64,000 bases of DNA from Clostridia bacterium (GTDB taxonomy: Bacteria > Bacillota > Clostridia > Oscillospirales > QAMX01). The stretch lies in NCBI GenBank assembly GCA_017441705.1, contig JAFRWU010000039.1, positions 182 to 64,181 of the forward strand, given 5' to 3'. The notes below the pieces were generated by a model, which saw only the letters and a program-made list of their open reading frames with translations, was not told where the DNA came from and did not search any database. The position numbers and the translations under genes are program-made. Below are positions 34,400-43,720 of the stretch, piece after piece; position 1 is the first letter of the stretch, and each line of letters starts with the position of its first letter.

Positions 34400-34917
34400 A
34401 AAAACGGAGATCCCCCGGAAGGGAGGCGCTTCGTATGGAAGTGCCTCCTTCTCATTTGAACGGGAGATACTTGAAAGCGCCGCATGTGCATGGTATCTTC
34501 ATATCAACAGATCACATTATTGAAGAAGTATGAGAAGACACCTTATCAGTCAGCCCTGTAAAGCCTTCCCCTCGGAGGGGAAGGCTTGAATAGTATCGTC
34601 AACCGAAGGCTTCCCTTATGAGGGCTTCCCCTCGGAGGGGAAGCTGTCAGCGTTAGCTGACTGATGAGGTGATAAGGCCTTCCCCTTTGAGGGGAAGGTG
34701 GGCCGCGAAGCGGCTCGGATGAGGTGTTCCCCGCGGATGAGGTGGAGACGCACCTCTGTCTGCGGTCTTGGCGAGCATCGGATTCTGCCTCACAGAATCC
34801 AAGAAACAAAACCGGCGCGGCCGTTACGGTCACGCCGGTTTCCTGTTCTTTTGAGCCGATCATTGCCTCCTCGAAGCAGCTTCTTTATGGAGCACGCCCG
34901 AAGGGATCTCCGTTTTT
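34400..34917. repeat. Modular palindromic intergenic repeat, copy A (MITE/BIME-like), with 15-bp perfect terminal inverted repeats
   Basis: AAAAACGGAGATCCC at 34400-34414 has its exact reverse complement at 34903-34917. Internal modules are shared with 54.7-55.0 kb and 61.0-61.6 kb, including a 126-nt block (34734-34859) with about 9 mismatches to 61399-61524. Confidence 0.75.
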
Positions 34918-34928
34918 CAGAGTACGCT

Positions 34929-35888
34929 TTACATCTCCAGGATGTACTTCATGATGTCGTCGTCGGAGTCGGGAAGTCCCTCGTGTCCGAAATCGGGATA
35001 GAGGACGATCTCCTTGTCGCTTTCGATGCGGTTGTAGGCGGCGAACTGGCTGGAAGGAGGACAGATGGTGTCCATCAGGCCGGTATACATCCGCACGCGG
35101 CAGCGGATCCGGTGGGCCAGATTGTGGTTGTCCACGTAACCGAGCTTGGTAAAAGTCTCCTTTTCGTGCGCGTGAGTGGGATCGGTGTGGCGGAAGAACT
35201 GGGTGATATCCTCGTAGGCAGCCTTCGCCAGATCCATTTCCCACACCCGCCGGTAGTCGGAAAGGAACGGATAGACCGGCGCCGCCCGGTTCAGGGTCGG
35301 GGTCAGGGCCGCGCAGGCGAGGGTCAGTCCGCCGCCCTGGCTGCCGCCTGTGGCGGCCACGCGGGTCTCATCCACGTAGGGAAGCGCCATCACGATGCGC
35401 GCAAGCTGAGCGCAGTCGAGGAAGACGTTGCGGAAATACAGCTTTTCGGGCTCGTCCTCCAGTCCGCGGATGATGTGTCCGTTCAGGGTGTTGCCTTTGA
35501 CCGGAATGATATCCTCCGAAAGGCCGCCCTGCCCGCGGCAGTCGAGGGCCGCCACCACGTAGCCGGCACCCACGTAGCCGAGCTTGGAGGAGAAGGAGCC
35601 GCAGTCGCCGGTGTACCCGTGGAACATCAGGACGGCGGGGAGCTTTCCCTCCCGCGCCTTCGGACGCAGGAGCTTGCCGTGGATTCGTGCGCCGCCCATC
35701 CCGGTGAACCAGAGATGGTAGCATTCGGCGCCCGGCGCCTGGAATGCGGCGGGCTCCAGCTCGTAGTCGGTGCCGAGGGCTTCCATATCGGCGATCGAGC
35801 GGTCCCAGAATTCGTCCAGGTCGGCGGGACATTCGTTGATCCCGCGGTATTTGCGCAGTTCCTCCAGAGGCATGTCGATCAAAGACAT
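34929..35888 (-). CDS. Acetyl xylan esterase / cephalosporin-C deacetylase (CE7)
   Basis: The AXE1 pattern: …LLRPKAREGKLPAVLMFHGY…, nucleophile motif GGSQGG, and a C-terminal HE. ATG 35888 follows AAGGAG plus 9 nt. Confidence 0.88.
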   Translation of the reverse strand: MSLIDMPLEELRKYRGINECPADLDEFWDRSIADMEALGTDYELEPAAFQAPGAECYHLWFTGMGGARIHGKLLRPKAREGKLPAVLMFHGYTGDCGSFSSKLGYVGAGYVVAALDCRGQGGLSEDIIPVKGNTLNGHIIRGLEDEPEKLYFRNVFLDCAQLARIVMALPYVDETRVAATGGSQGGGLTLACAALTPTLNRAAPVYPFLSDYRRVWEMDLAKAAYEDITQFFRHTDPTHAHEKETFTKLGYVDNHNLAHRIRCRVRMYTGLMDTICPPSSQFAAYNRIESDKEIVLYPDFGHEGLPDSDDDIMKYILEM

Positions 35889-35900
35889 AATCGTCACTCC

Positions 35901-37559
35901 TTATTTTTGATGATCCCGTTCACGGATCTCATTGCGTTTGATTTTGCCGGAGATGGTTTTCGGAAGCTCGTCGACGAACTCCACCGCACGGGGGTATTTG
36001 TAAGGCGCGGTATGGTTCTTGACGTAATTCTGCAGCTCTTTTTTGAGCTCCTCCGAGGGCTCGTAGCCGCGGGCCAGGACGATGGTGGCCTTGACGATCT
36101 GGCCGCGGACCGGATCGGGGACGCCGGTGACGGCGCATTCCAGAACCGAGGGGTGCTCCATCAGGACGCTTTCCACCTCGAAGGGCCCGATGCGGTAGCC
36201 GGAGGATTTGATGATGTCGTCGGTGCGGCCTACGTACCAGAGGAATCCGTCCTCGTCCACCCAGGCGGTGTCGCCGGTGTGGTAATACCCGTCGCGGATC
36301 ACGCTGTCGAGAAGTCCCGCCGTATCTTTATAATAGCCGGAGAACATGCCGCAGGGCTTGCCGTTCCGGATGTCGATCACGATCTCGCCCACGACGCCGG
36401 GGGCGCAGGGCTTGTGATCGGCGTCCACGACCTTCAGACTGTAGACGGGGGAGGGCTTGCCCATGGAGCCGGGACGGTTTTTCATCCAGTAGAAGTTGGC
36501 CACGGTCAGGGTGGTTTCGGTCTGACCGAACCCCTCCATCAGGGAAAGTCCGGTGGCCTCCTTGAATTTGTCGTGCACCTCGGGATTCAGGGCTTCGCCC
36601 GCGGTGGTGGCGTGCTTCAGGGAGGAAAGGTCGTATTTCGAAAGATCCTCCTTGATGAAGAAGCGGTAAATGGTGGGCGGCGCGCAGAAGGTGGTGATTT
36701 TGTAATCGCCGATCTTCCGGAGCAGGTCGTCTGCGTGGAAACGGTCCATGTCGTAGACGAATACCGCCGCTTCCATGAACCACTGACCGTAGAGCTTGCC
36801 CCACATGGCCTTCATCCATCCGGTTTCGGACACGGTCAGATGCAGTCCCTCGGGATCCACCCTGTGCCAGTATTTGGCGGTGGTGATGTGGGCGATGGGA
36901 TAATAGAAATCGTGCATCACCATTTTCGGCATGCCGGTGGTGCCGGAGGTGAAATAGAGGAGCATCGTGTCGCCGTTCTCCGCGCGCTCTGCGGGGGGAA
37001 CGAAGGGCGGCGCCTTCTCCGCGATCTCGTCGTAGAAGAGCCAGCCGTCGTGCTTTTTGCCCACGGTGATGTGGGTGATCGGGCGGTCGATCCGGGCGAA
37101 CGCGGCCTCGCATTCGCCGATCAGATGCTCGTCGGGGATCGCGATCAGGGCCGAAACGTCGGCGGCCGCGATCCGGTATTCGATGTCCTTCGCGGCAAGC
37201 TGATTGGTGGCGGGGATGCCGATGACGCCCAGCTTGTGCAGCGCGATGATGGTGTACCAGAATTCATACCGGCGTTTCAGGATCAGAAGCGCTTTGTCGC
37301 CCTTTTTGAGACCCTCCGCCGCCAGAGCCGAGGCGATCCGGTCGCTTTCCCGGGACACGTCGCCGAAGGTGATGCGCTTCTTTTCGCCGGTTTCGCCGAT
37401 CCAGAGCATGGCGAGCTTGTCCGGCTCCTTTTTGGCGAGCGCGTCCACCACGTCGTAGGCGAAATTGAAATGCTCGGGAACGGCGAAGGAGAGAGAGGTG
37501 AGGACGCCGTTCTCGTCGAATACCTCCCGGACGTATTTTTTATGGAAATCATATGCCAT
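35901..37559 (-). CDS. AMP-forming acyl-CoA synthetase/ligase
   Basis: AMP-binding motif YFTSGTTGMPKMV, plus YHTGD and SGKIKR motifs. 552 aa. Confidence 0.88.
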   Translation of the reverse strand: MAYDFHKKYVREVFDENGVLTSLSFAVPEHFNFAYDVVDALAKKEPDKLAMLWIGETGEKKRITFGDVSRESDRIASALAAEGLKKGDKALLILKRRYEFWYTIIALHKLGVIGIPATNQLAAKDIEYRIAAADVSALIAIPDEHLIGECEAAFARIDRPITHITVGKKHDGWLFYDEIAEKAPPFVPPAERAENGDTMLLYFTSGTTGMPKMVMHDFYYPIAHITTAKYWHRVDPEGLHLTVSETGWMKAMWGKLYGQWFMEAAVFVYDMDRFHADDLLRKIGDYKITTFCAPPTIYRFFIKEDLSKYDLSSLKHATTAGEALNPEVHDKFKEATGLSLMEGFGQTETTLTVANFYWMKNRPGSMGKPSPVYSLKVVDADHKPCAPGVVGEIVIDIRNGKPCGMFSGYYKDTAGLLDSVIRDGYYHTGDTAWVDEDGFLWYVGRTDDIIKSSGYRIGPFEVESVLMEHPSVLECAVTGVPDPVRGQIVKATIVLARGYEPSEELKKELQNYVKNHTAPYKYPRAVEFVDELPKTISGKIKRNEIRERDHQK

Positions 37560-37583
37560 TTGGAATTTGCCTTCTTTCAGAGA

Positions 37584-38147
37584 TCAGGTGTTTTTGATGA
37601 TGACGGCCAGAAACTTGCAGTCGGCGCCGCCTGCGGCGGCCATACCGTGACGGGAAGAGGCGTTGTAAATCACCGAGTCGCCCTTTTTCATCAGGAACTC
37701 GTGATCCTCCACCTTCATCCGCATTTCCCCTTCCAGAACGTAGTCGAATTCCTGCCCTTCGTGGGTGGAATAGGGGATGGGGACGTCGTCGCCTTCGAAG
37801 CGGGCGACAACGACAAAGGGCTCCGCGCCTTTGTTTTTGAAGAGGTAGGCCATGTGCTGGTAATGAAAGCCCTTCCGGCGTTCGATGGGCAGACCTTCGC
37901 CCGCGGGAACGTACTGATACAGGGAAAGCTTCGGCATCTCGCCGGTCAGAAGCTCGGTGATGTCGATGCCGAGCCGGCCGGCCGCCCGGAAGAGGAACGT
38001 GAAGGAATAATCCCGCTCGCCTTTCTCGTACTCTCTGTATTCCTCCAGGGAAACGTCGGTGGCGCGCGCCATTTCTTCCTCGCTGATATCCAGAAGATCG
38101 CGAAGCCCGCGAAGCCGCTCCGCAATGAAGGTAATTCGATCATCCAT
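37584..38147 (-). CDS. XRE-family transcriptional regulator with C-terminal cupin domain
   Basis: An HTH (…ISEEEMARATDVSLEEYREYEKGERDYSFTFLFRAAGRLGIDITELL) plus a cupin (…HEGQEFDYVLEGEMRMKV…H). Start chosen at ATG 38147. Confidence 0.8.
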   Translation of the reverse strand: MDDRITFIAERLRGLRDLLDISEEEMARATDVSLEEYREYEKGERDYSFTFLFRAAGRLGIDITELLTGEMPKLSLYQYVPAGEGLPIERRKGFHYQHMAYLFKNKGAEPFVVVARFEGDDVPIPYSTHEGQEFDYVLEGEMRMKVEDHEFLMKKGDSVIYNASSRHGMAAAGGADCKFLAVIIKNT

Positions 38148-38458
38148 AGCTGACCATCCTTTCGCCGAAAAAGAAGAAAACGGCGGGGAAGACCGCGGTT
38201 TGCCGTCCCGTTCCGGCCCCGGCGCGGGATCTGCGAAGGACGGCAGAATGCGCTTTTTCCCCTTTTGAATTACGTTGATTCTACCAAACTGCAGAGAAGA
38301 AGTCAAGCGGCAACTGCCGGGCGGGGCAAGGATTGGACGAATCCACAAAAAGCGGGGAAATAAAGGGTTGAAAAAGTGAAAATATGCGCTATAATGAAAG
38401 AAGACGGAAGGCGCTATGCCGCCGGTCTGATTATTGTTACAGAGAAAGGATATGGATC

Positions 38459-39547
38459 ATGGCAAAATTGAAGCTCGGTATCATCGGCTGCGGCGGCATC
38501 GCCAACGGCAAGCATCTTCCCTCGCTGAAAAAGGTCCCCGAGGTGTCGCTTGTGGCCTTCTGCGACATCATCGTGGAGCGGGCTGAAAAGGCGGCGAAGG
38601 AATACGGCGCGAAAGGCGCGCGCGTTTACAGGGACTACAAGGAAATGCTCGAAAAAGAGAAGCTGGACGTGGTCAACGTCCTGACCCCGAACCGCGAGCA
38701 CAGCGAGATTTCCATCGCCGCCATGGAAGCGGGCTGCCACGTCATGTGCGAAAAGCCTATGGCTTACAACGCAGCCGAGGCGCTGAAAATGCTGGAAACC
38801 TCCAGAAAGACCGGGAAAAAGCTCACCATCGGCTATCAGAACCGCTTCCGCCCCGATTCCCTGTTCCTGAAGGAAATGGCTTTGAACGGCGAATTCGGCG
38901 ACATCTACTACACCAAGGCCCATGCCGTCAGGCGCCGCGCCGTCCCCACCTGGGGCGTGTTCCTCAACGAGCATGAGCAGGGCGGCGGTCCGCTGATCGA
39001 CATCGGCACCCACGCTCTGGACCTGGCGCTCTGGATCGGCGACAACTACAAACCGAAATACTGCGTCGGCACCACCTATCACAAGCTGAACAACGATACC
39101 AACCAGGGCAACGCCTGGGGCAACTGGGATCCCGCGAAGTTCACCGTGGAAGACAGCGCCTTCGGCTTCATCGTCATGGAAAACGGCGCCACCATCAATC
39201 TGGAGGCTTCCTGGGCTCTGAATACGCTGGACGTGATCGAAGCCAGCGTTTCGCTCTCCGGCACCAAGCTCGGCGCCGATATGCGCGACGGCCTCCGGAT
39301 CAACGGCATCACCCACAACCGCCAGTATCAGTATTCCCCGAACCTCGAAGCCGGCGGCGCCGCCTTCTTTGAAGGCGTCGGCAACGAAGCGCCCGCCGTG
39401 GTGGAGGCGAAGCAGTGGATCAAGGCCGTGATCGACGACGGCACCCCGGTGGTCCTGCCTGAGCAGGCCTACGTGGTTTCCTGCATCCTGGAGGGCATCT
39501 ACAAATCCGCCGCCAGCGGCAAGCCCTTCTACTTCGAAAATCTCTGA
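38459..39547 (+). CDS. Gfo/Idh/MocA-family NAD(P)-dependent oxidoreductase
   Basis: MAKLKLGIIGCGGIANGKHLPSL Rossmann motif and an EKP motif. A TTGAAA-16-TATAAT promoter lies at 38368-38395. Confidence 0.85.
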   Translation: MAKLKLGIIGCGGIANGKHLPSLKKVPEVSLVAFCDIIVERAEKAAKEYGAKGARVYRDYKEMLEKEKLDVVNVLTPNREHSEISIAAMEAGCHVMCEKPMAYNAAEALKMLETSRKTGKKLTIGYQNRFRPDSLFLKEMALNGEFGDIYYTKAHAVRRRAVPTWGVFLNEHEQGGGPLIDIGTHALDLALWIGDNYKPKYCVGTTYHKLNNDTNQGNAWGNWDPAKFTVEDSAFGFIVMENGATINLEASWALNTLDVIEASVSLSGTKLGADMRDGLRINGITHNRQYQYSPNLEAGGAAFFEGVGNEAPAVVEAKQWIKAVIDDGTPVVLPEQAYVVSCILEGIYKSAASGKPFYFENL

Positions 39548-39606
39548 TCGAAAGACAGACGAAAAGAACTCCGGCGAAGCTTCGCCGGAGTTCTTTTTGC
39601 CGTTTA

Positions 39607-41817
39607 TTACCCCACGTGCCGGGCGCGGGCGATAAAGTCGTCCTGCTCCTCCTCGGGAAGATCGACAAACCGCGCGTTCCAGCCGCAGACCCGGATCTGC
39701 AGATTCCGGTAATTTTCCGGCTCCGCCTTGGCTTTCCGGAGGGTCGCCTCGTCCAGAACATTGATCTGGATCGCCATCCCGCCCCGGTCGAAATAGGTGT
39801 CGATCAGCCGCCGGACGTCCGCAAGCCCCTCCGCGCCTGAAAAGACGGAGGCGTGCAGCGAAAGGTCCAGCACCGTCCCGTCGGGGATCAGGGCGTGATC
39901 GAAGGCGGTGGCCGACAGGATCAGGGACGTCGCGCCTGCCCGGTCCTGCCCCGTGGCGGCGCACAGGTTTTTTGCCAGCGGCTCCCCGGCCTTCCTGCCG
40001 TCGGCGCCCGCGCCGGTCTTTTCTCCGAAGGCGAAGCGCCAGTCGATGGAGAACCCGCCGAGACGGAAGACGCCGCCCCGGCCGTTCGGCCTGCCGTTGA
40101 CCGCCGAGGCAAGCGTTTCGACGATCCTCCGGGAGAGAAAATCGGTCTCGGGGAGGCCGTTGCCGTATTTCCGGGGATCCTTGCGGATCCGGAGGCGGAA
40201 GATCTCCGCTCCCCGCCAGTCGTTTTTCAAAAGTGTGAGAAGAGAAGGGATCGTCAGGGCTTTTTCCTCATAAACGATCCGCTTGATCTGGCAGAGCGCA
40301 TCCGCCGCGTCGGCAAGGCCGAAAGCGGAAATCGAGGAATTGTTGTATTTCGCGCCGCCGGAGTAGACGTCCGCGCCGTTCCGGAGGCAGTCGAGATAGG
40401 TGGCGGAAAGAAGCGGCGCGGGATTGAGGGAGGGATAAAACCGTTCGTAGGCGGAAATCTGATCCGCGGCCTTTTCCGCGACCGCCGCGAGCGTTTCCAG
40501 ATACGCGTCGAAAAGCGAATCGAAAGAGCTTTCGTCAAAAGACGCCGCGGGGAAGAGAAGCCGCCCGGACAGCAGAGAATACCCGCCGGTGAGGGTGATC
40601 TCCAGGACCTTCGCCAGATTGATCCGTCCGTTGCAGGTGCACGGCACCTCCCGCCCGGCGCTGGCCGGCTCGTAACAGCCGATGATCACGTAATCGCGGG
40701 CGTCCCCGGGCGTTTCGCCAAGGGAGATCAGCGCCTTTTCCACCGCCCGGTCGTTCATGAAGACGAAGGAATTCTTGCCCGCACGGATCATCCGGAGGAC
40801 CGTTTCGATGAGGTCGGCGGGCGTGTCTCCCGTGACGCGGATGTGGATCTTGGGATCGTAAAGGCCGAGCTTCTCGTATTCCCGGAGGAAAAGACGGGTC
40901 AGGGCGTTGGATTTGTCGCGGCCGTCCCGGTCGGAGCCCGCGAGGTACAGGGGGATGTTGGCCTGGATCTTCATGGAGGACCATTTCGCGAGGTACCGGT
41001 CGACCAGATTCGCCGCGTCCTCCCCGGTCAGGGTCCCCTCTTCCAGATCCTTCCTGTAATAGGGGAACAACAGACCGTCGGGATTCCCGAGGGAACGCAG
41101 GTTTTCCCCCTCCACCGTGTGCTGCACGAGATAGTAGAGGAAAGAGAGCTCCATGGCCTCGTAAAGCGTTCCGGGAGCGCCGGCCCTGAGAGAGGCGAGA
41201 CAGTCGGCAAGCGCCTCCCGCCCCTTTTCGCGCGCAAGGACTTCAAAGCGTCCGATCAGGGCGAGAAAAGCGAGGAGCACGGTTTCGGCGGAACGATACA
41301 GGAGGTTTTCCGGGTCGCTTTCCCGGAAATCGCGCACCCGACGGAGAAGTCCCGGCACCCCGAGAGTGATAACCGCCGGCCAGTCGGGGCAGGTGTGGCC
41401 GAAATCGGTGTCTCCGGTGAACAGAAGCTCCGAGAGGGCGGGCTCGTTTTCCGAAAGGATCGCCCGCATCTCTCCTTCGCGGAGAGCCTGAAGCCGCTCC
41501 TCCCGGAGCGTCACCAGGATCGACTGGCGCGCCCGGTCGTCCTCCTCCACGGTTTTCGCGGGAACGGCGGAAGCAAAGGCGCAGTTGAGACGGTCGGCAA
41601 AGATATCCTCGTCATAAAGCGCAAGCTGCCCTTCGGTGAGGATCACGCGCATGGCCTCCGCCTTGCGGAGAGGAAGCGGAATCGATTCGTCGGCGAAGAT
41701 CCCGCGGCACTTTTTCATCAGCGCATCGTAGGAAAGCCCGGATCCTTCCAGGAACACGGGCGAGGTATACTGGGTTTCCAGAGCTTTGCTTTCGCGGGGC
41801 AGGGGAGGAATACGCAT
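39607..41817 (-). CDS. Glycyl-radical enzyme (PFL2/glycerol-dehydratase-like family)
   Basis: C-terminal glycyl-radical core …LQIRVCGWNARF… and a catalytic-loop-like IIGCYEP. 736 aa. Confidence 0.75.
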   Translation of the reverse strand: MRIPPLPRESKALETQYTSPVFLEGSGLSYDALMKKCRGIFADESIPLPLRKAEAMRVILTEGQLALYDEDIFADRLNCAFASAVPAKTVEEDDRARQSILVTLREERLQALREGEMRAILSENEPALSELLFTGDTDFGHTCPDWPAVITLGVPGLLRRVRDFRESDPENLLYRSAETVLLAFLALIGRFEVLAREKGREALADCLASLRAGAPGTLYEAMELSFLYYLVQHTVEGENLRSLGNPDGLLFPYYRKDLEEGTLTGEDAANLVDRYLAKWSSMKIQANIPLYLAGSDRDGRDKSNALTRLFLREYEKLGLYDPKIHIRVTGDTPADLIETVLRMIRAGKNSFVFMNDRAVEKALISLGETPGDARDYVIIGCYEPASAGREVPCTCNGRINLAKVLEITLTGGYSLLSGRLLFPAASFDESSFDSLFDAYLETLAAVAEKAADQISAYERFYPSLNPAPLLSATYLDCLRNGADVYSGGAKYNNSSISAFGLADAADALCQIKRIVYEEKALTIPSLLTLLKNDWRGAEIFRLRIRKDPRKYGNGLPETDFLSRRIVETLASAVNGRPNGRGGVFRLGGFSIDWRFAFGEKTGAGADGRKAGEPLAKNLCAATGQDRAGATSLILSATAFDHALIPDGTVLDLSLHASVFSGAEGLADVRRLIDTYFDRGGMAIQINVLDEATLRKAKAEPENYRNLQIRVCGWNARFVDLPEEEQDDFIARARHVG

Positions 41818-41893
41818 CGAAGCACCCTCTTTTCCGGGACGTCTGTCTGCTTTTCCTCATTATATGCCCTGAAAAGAGAGAAGTCAAGAAGCG

Positions 41894-41931
41894 AAAAAGA
41901 AAGGCGGAACGCGCTTTCGGCGCGTTCCGCC
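41894..41931 (-). terminator. Intrinsic terminator of the ABC exporter operon
   Basis: A 12-bp stem pairs 41903-41914 with 41920-41931. On the minus strand it is followed by TTTCTTTTT. Confidence 0.8.
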
Positions 41932-41947
41932 TGCGGGACAGGGGGAA

Positions 41948-43720
41948 TCATTTCTTGATCAGCTGGGACATGTAAAGCTCGTAATACTTGCCCTTCTTCG
42001 CCATCAGCTCGTCGTGGGTGCCGCTTTCCGCGATGCCTTTATCCGCGATATACATGATCCTGTCGCAGGATTTGATGGTGGAAAGGCGGTGGGCGATGAT
42101 GAAGGAGGTGCGGCCCTTGAGCATGTTGTTGATGCCGATCTGCAGCATCTTTTCGGTCTGCGTGTCGATGGAAGAGGTGGCCTCGTCCAGGATCAGGATC
42201 CGGGGATCCGAAAGGATGGTGCGCGCGAAGGAGATCAGCTGCTTCTGTCCCTGGGAAAGACGGCCGCCGCGCTCGTAAAGCTCGGTGTGATATCCGTCCT
42301 CCATGGCCTCGATAAATTCGGAGGCGCGCACGATGTCGCAGGCCTTCTTCATATCCTCCTCGGTGGCGTCGAGCCGGCCGTAGGAAAGGTTGTCGGCGAT
42401 GGTGCCGGAGAAGATGATGCTGTCCTGCAGCATGATGCCCATCTGCGCCCGGAGCGAGTGGATGGTGACCTTGGAGATGTCGTGCCCGTCGATCAGCACC
42501 CGTCCGCCCGTCAGATCGTAGAACCGGGAAATCAGATTCACGATGGTGGACTTGCCCGCGCCGGTAGGCCCGACCAGAGCCACCCGTTCGCCGGGATTCA
42601 CGTCGAAGGACACGTGCTCCAGAACGTTGTGTCCCTTTTCGTAGGCAAAGGTGACGTCCTCGAAGGTGACGCGGCCCTGGATATCGGGAAGCTCTTCAGC
42701 GTTTGTCTCGTCGTGGATGGTGATGGGCTCGTCGATGGTTTCGAAGATGCGTTCCAGATAGGCGATGGAGTTGATGAAGCTGTTGTAGATGTTGGCCAGG
42801 TTGGAGATCGGCCCCCAGAATCTGCCCGCGTAGCTGGTCATGGCGACCAGGGTGCCGTAGGAGACCGCGGGCACCATCCAGCGGATGCCGGTCAGATAGA
42901 TCGCCGCGGTGATCAGGATCGAGATGCATTCCACCGAAAGCCACACGCCGTTGGAGGGATAGACCTGCATCATCCAGACCTTGCGGTATTCTTCGGACAG
43001 GCGGCGGAAGATGCCGGCGTTCAGCTCTTCGCGGGCGAAGATCTGGGTGACCTTCATGCCGTTGATGCTTTCGGCCACGTAGGCGTTGATGTTGGAATTC
43101 TTGTTGGACACCTTCTGCCAGGCCTTGCGGGTCGCGGGGGTCAGGAAGACCACGATGCCGATGAAGAAGGGCAGGCCCGCCACGATCACGAAGGACAGGG
43201 TCACGTCGGTGAGGAACATGAACACCGCGATAAAGACGATGTTGATGATATCTATGAAGAAATTCAGGATGCCGTTGGAAAGGATATCCGAGACGTTGTT
43301 GACGTACTGCACCACGCGGACCAGGATCTTGCCGTGCGGGCGGCTGTCGTAGTAGTCGAAGCTCAGATACTGCAGATGCTTGAAAAGGTCGGTACGGATC
43401 TCGTAGATGATGGTCTGCGCCACCCGTGCCATGATCCGGGACCGCAGGACGTTCAGCCAGATGGTGGCCGACATGGAAACGAGCAGGAGCACCGAGACGA
43501 TGACAAGCATCTTGATATCCTTGCCCGGGATGGCGACGTCGACCGCGTATTTGGTCAGGCGGGGGTTGATCAGGGAAGCGATGCTGGCCAGAGCCGAAAG
43601 GGCAAGGGCCAGAAGCATCCTCCACTTGTGCTTGAGGATATACGCCGAAGCGCGGACGAGATGCTTCAGACTGAACGGGGTTTCCAGCGTTTCGTCGATA
43701 TCGAACTTGTTCCGTGCCAT
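41948..43720 (-). CDS. ABC transporter permease/ATP-binding protein (exporter half, heterodimer partner B)
   Basis: Six-TM domain plus an NBD: Walker A GPTGAGKST, signature LSQGQKQ, Walker B ILILDEATS. Confidence 0.9.
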   Translation of the reverse strand: MARNKFDIDETLETPFSLKHLVRASAYILKHKWRMLLALALSALASIASLINPRLTKYAVDVAIPGKDIKMLVIVSVLLLVSMSATIWLNVLRSRIMARVAQTIIYEIRTDLFKHLQYLSFDYYDSRPHGKILVRVVQYVNNVSDILSNGILNFFIDIINIVFIAVFMFLTDVTLSFVIVAGLPFFIGIVVFLTPATRKAWQKVSNKNSNINAYVAESINGMKVTQIFAREELNAGIFRRLSEEYRKVWMMQVYPSNGVWLSVECISILITAAIYLTGIRWMVPAVSYGTLVAMTSYAGRFWGPISNLANIYNSFINSIAYLERIFETIDEPITIHDETNAEELPDIQGRVTFEDVTFAYEKGHNVLEHVSFDVNPGERVALVGPTGAGKSTIVNLISRFYDLTGGRVLIDGHDISKVTIHSLRAQMGIMLQDSIIFSGTIADNLSYGRLDATEEDMKKACDIVRASEFIEAMEDGYHTELYERGGRLSQGQKQLISFARTILSDPRILILDEATSSIDTQTEKMLQIGINNMLKGRTSFIIAHRLSTIKSCDRIMYIADKGIAESGTHDELMAKKGKYYELYMSQLIKK

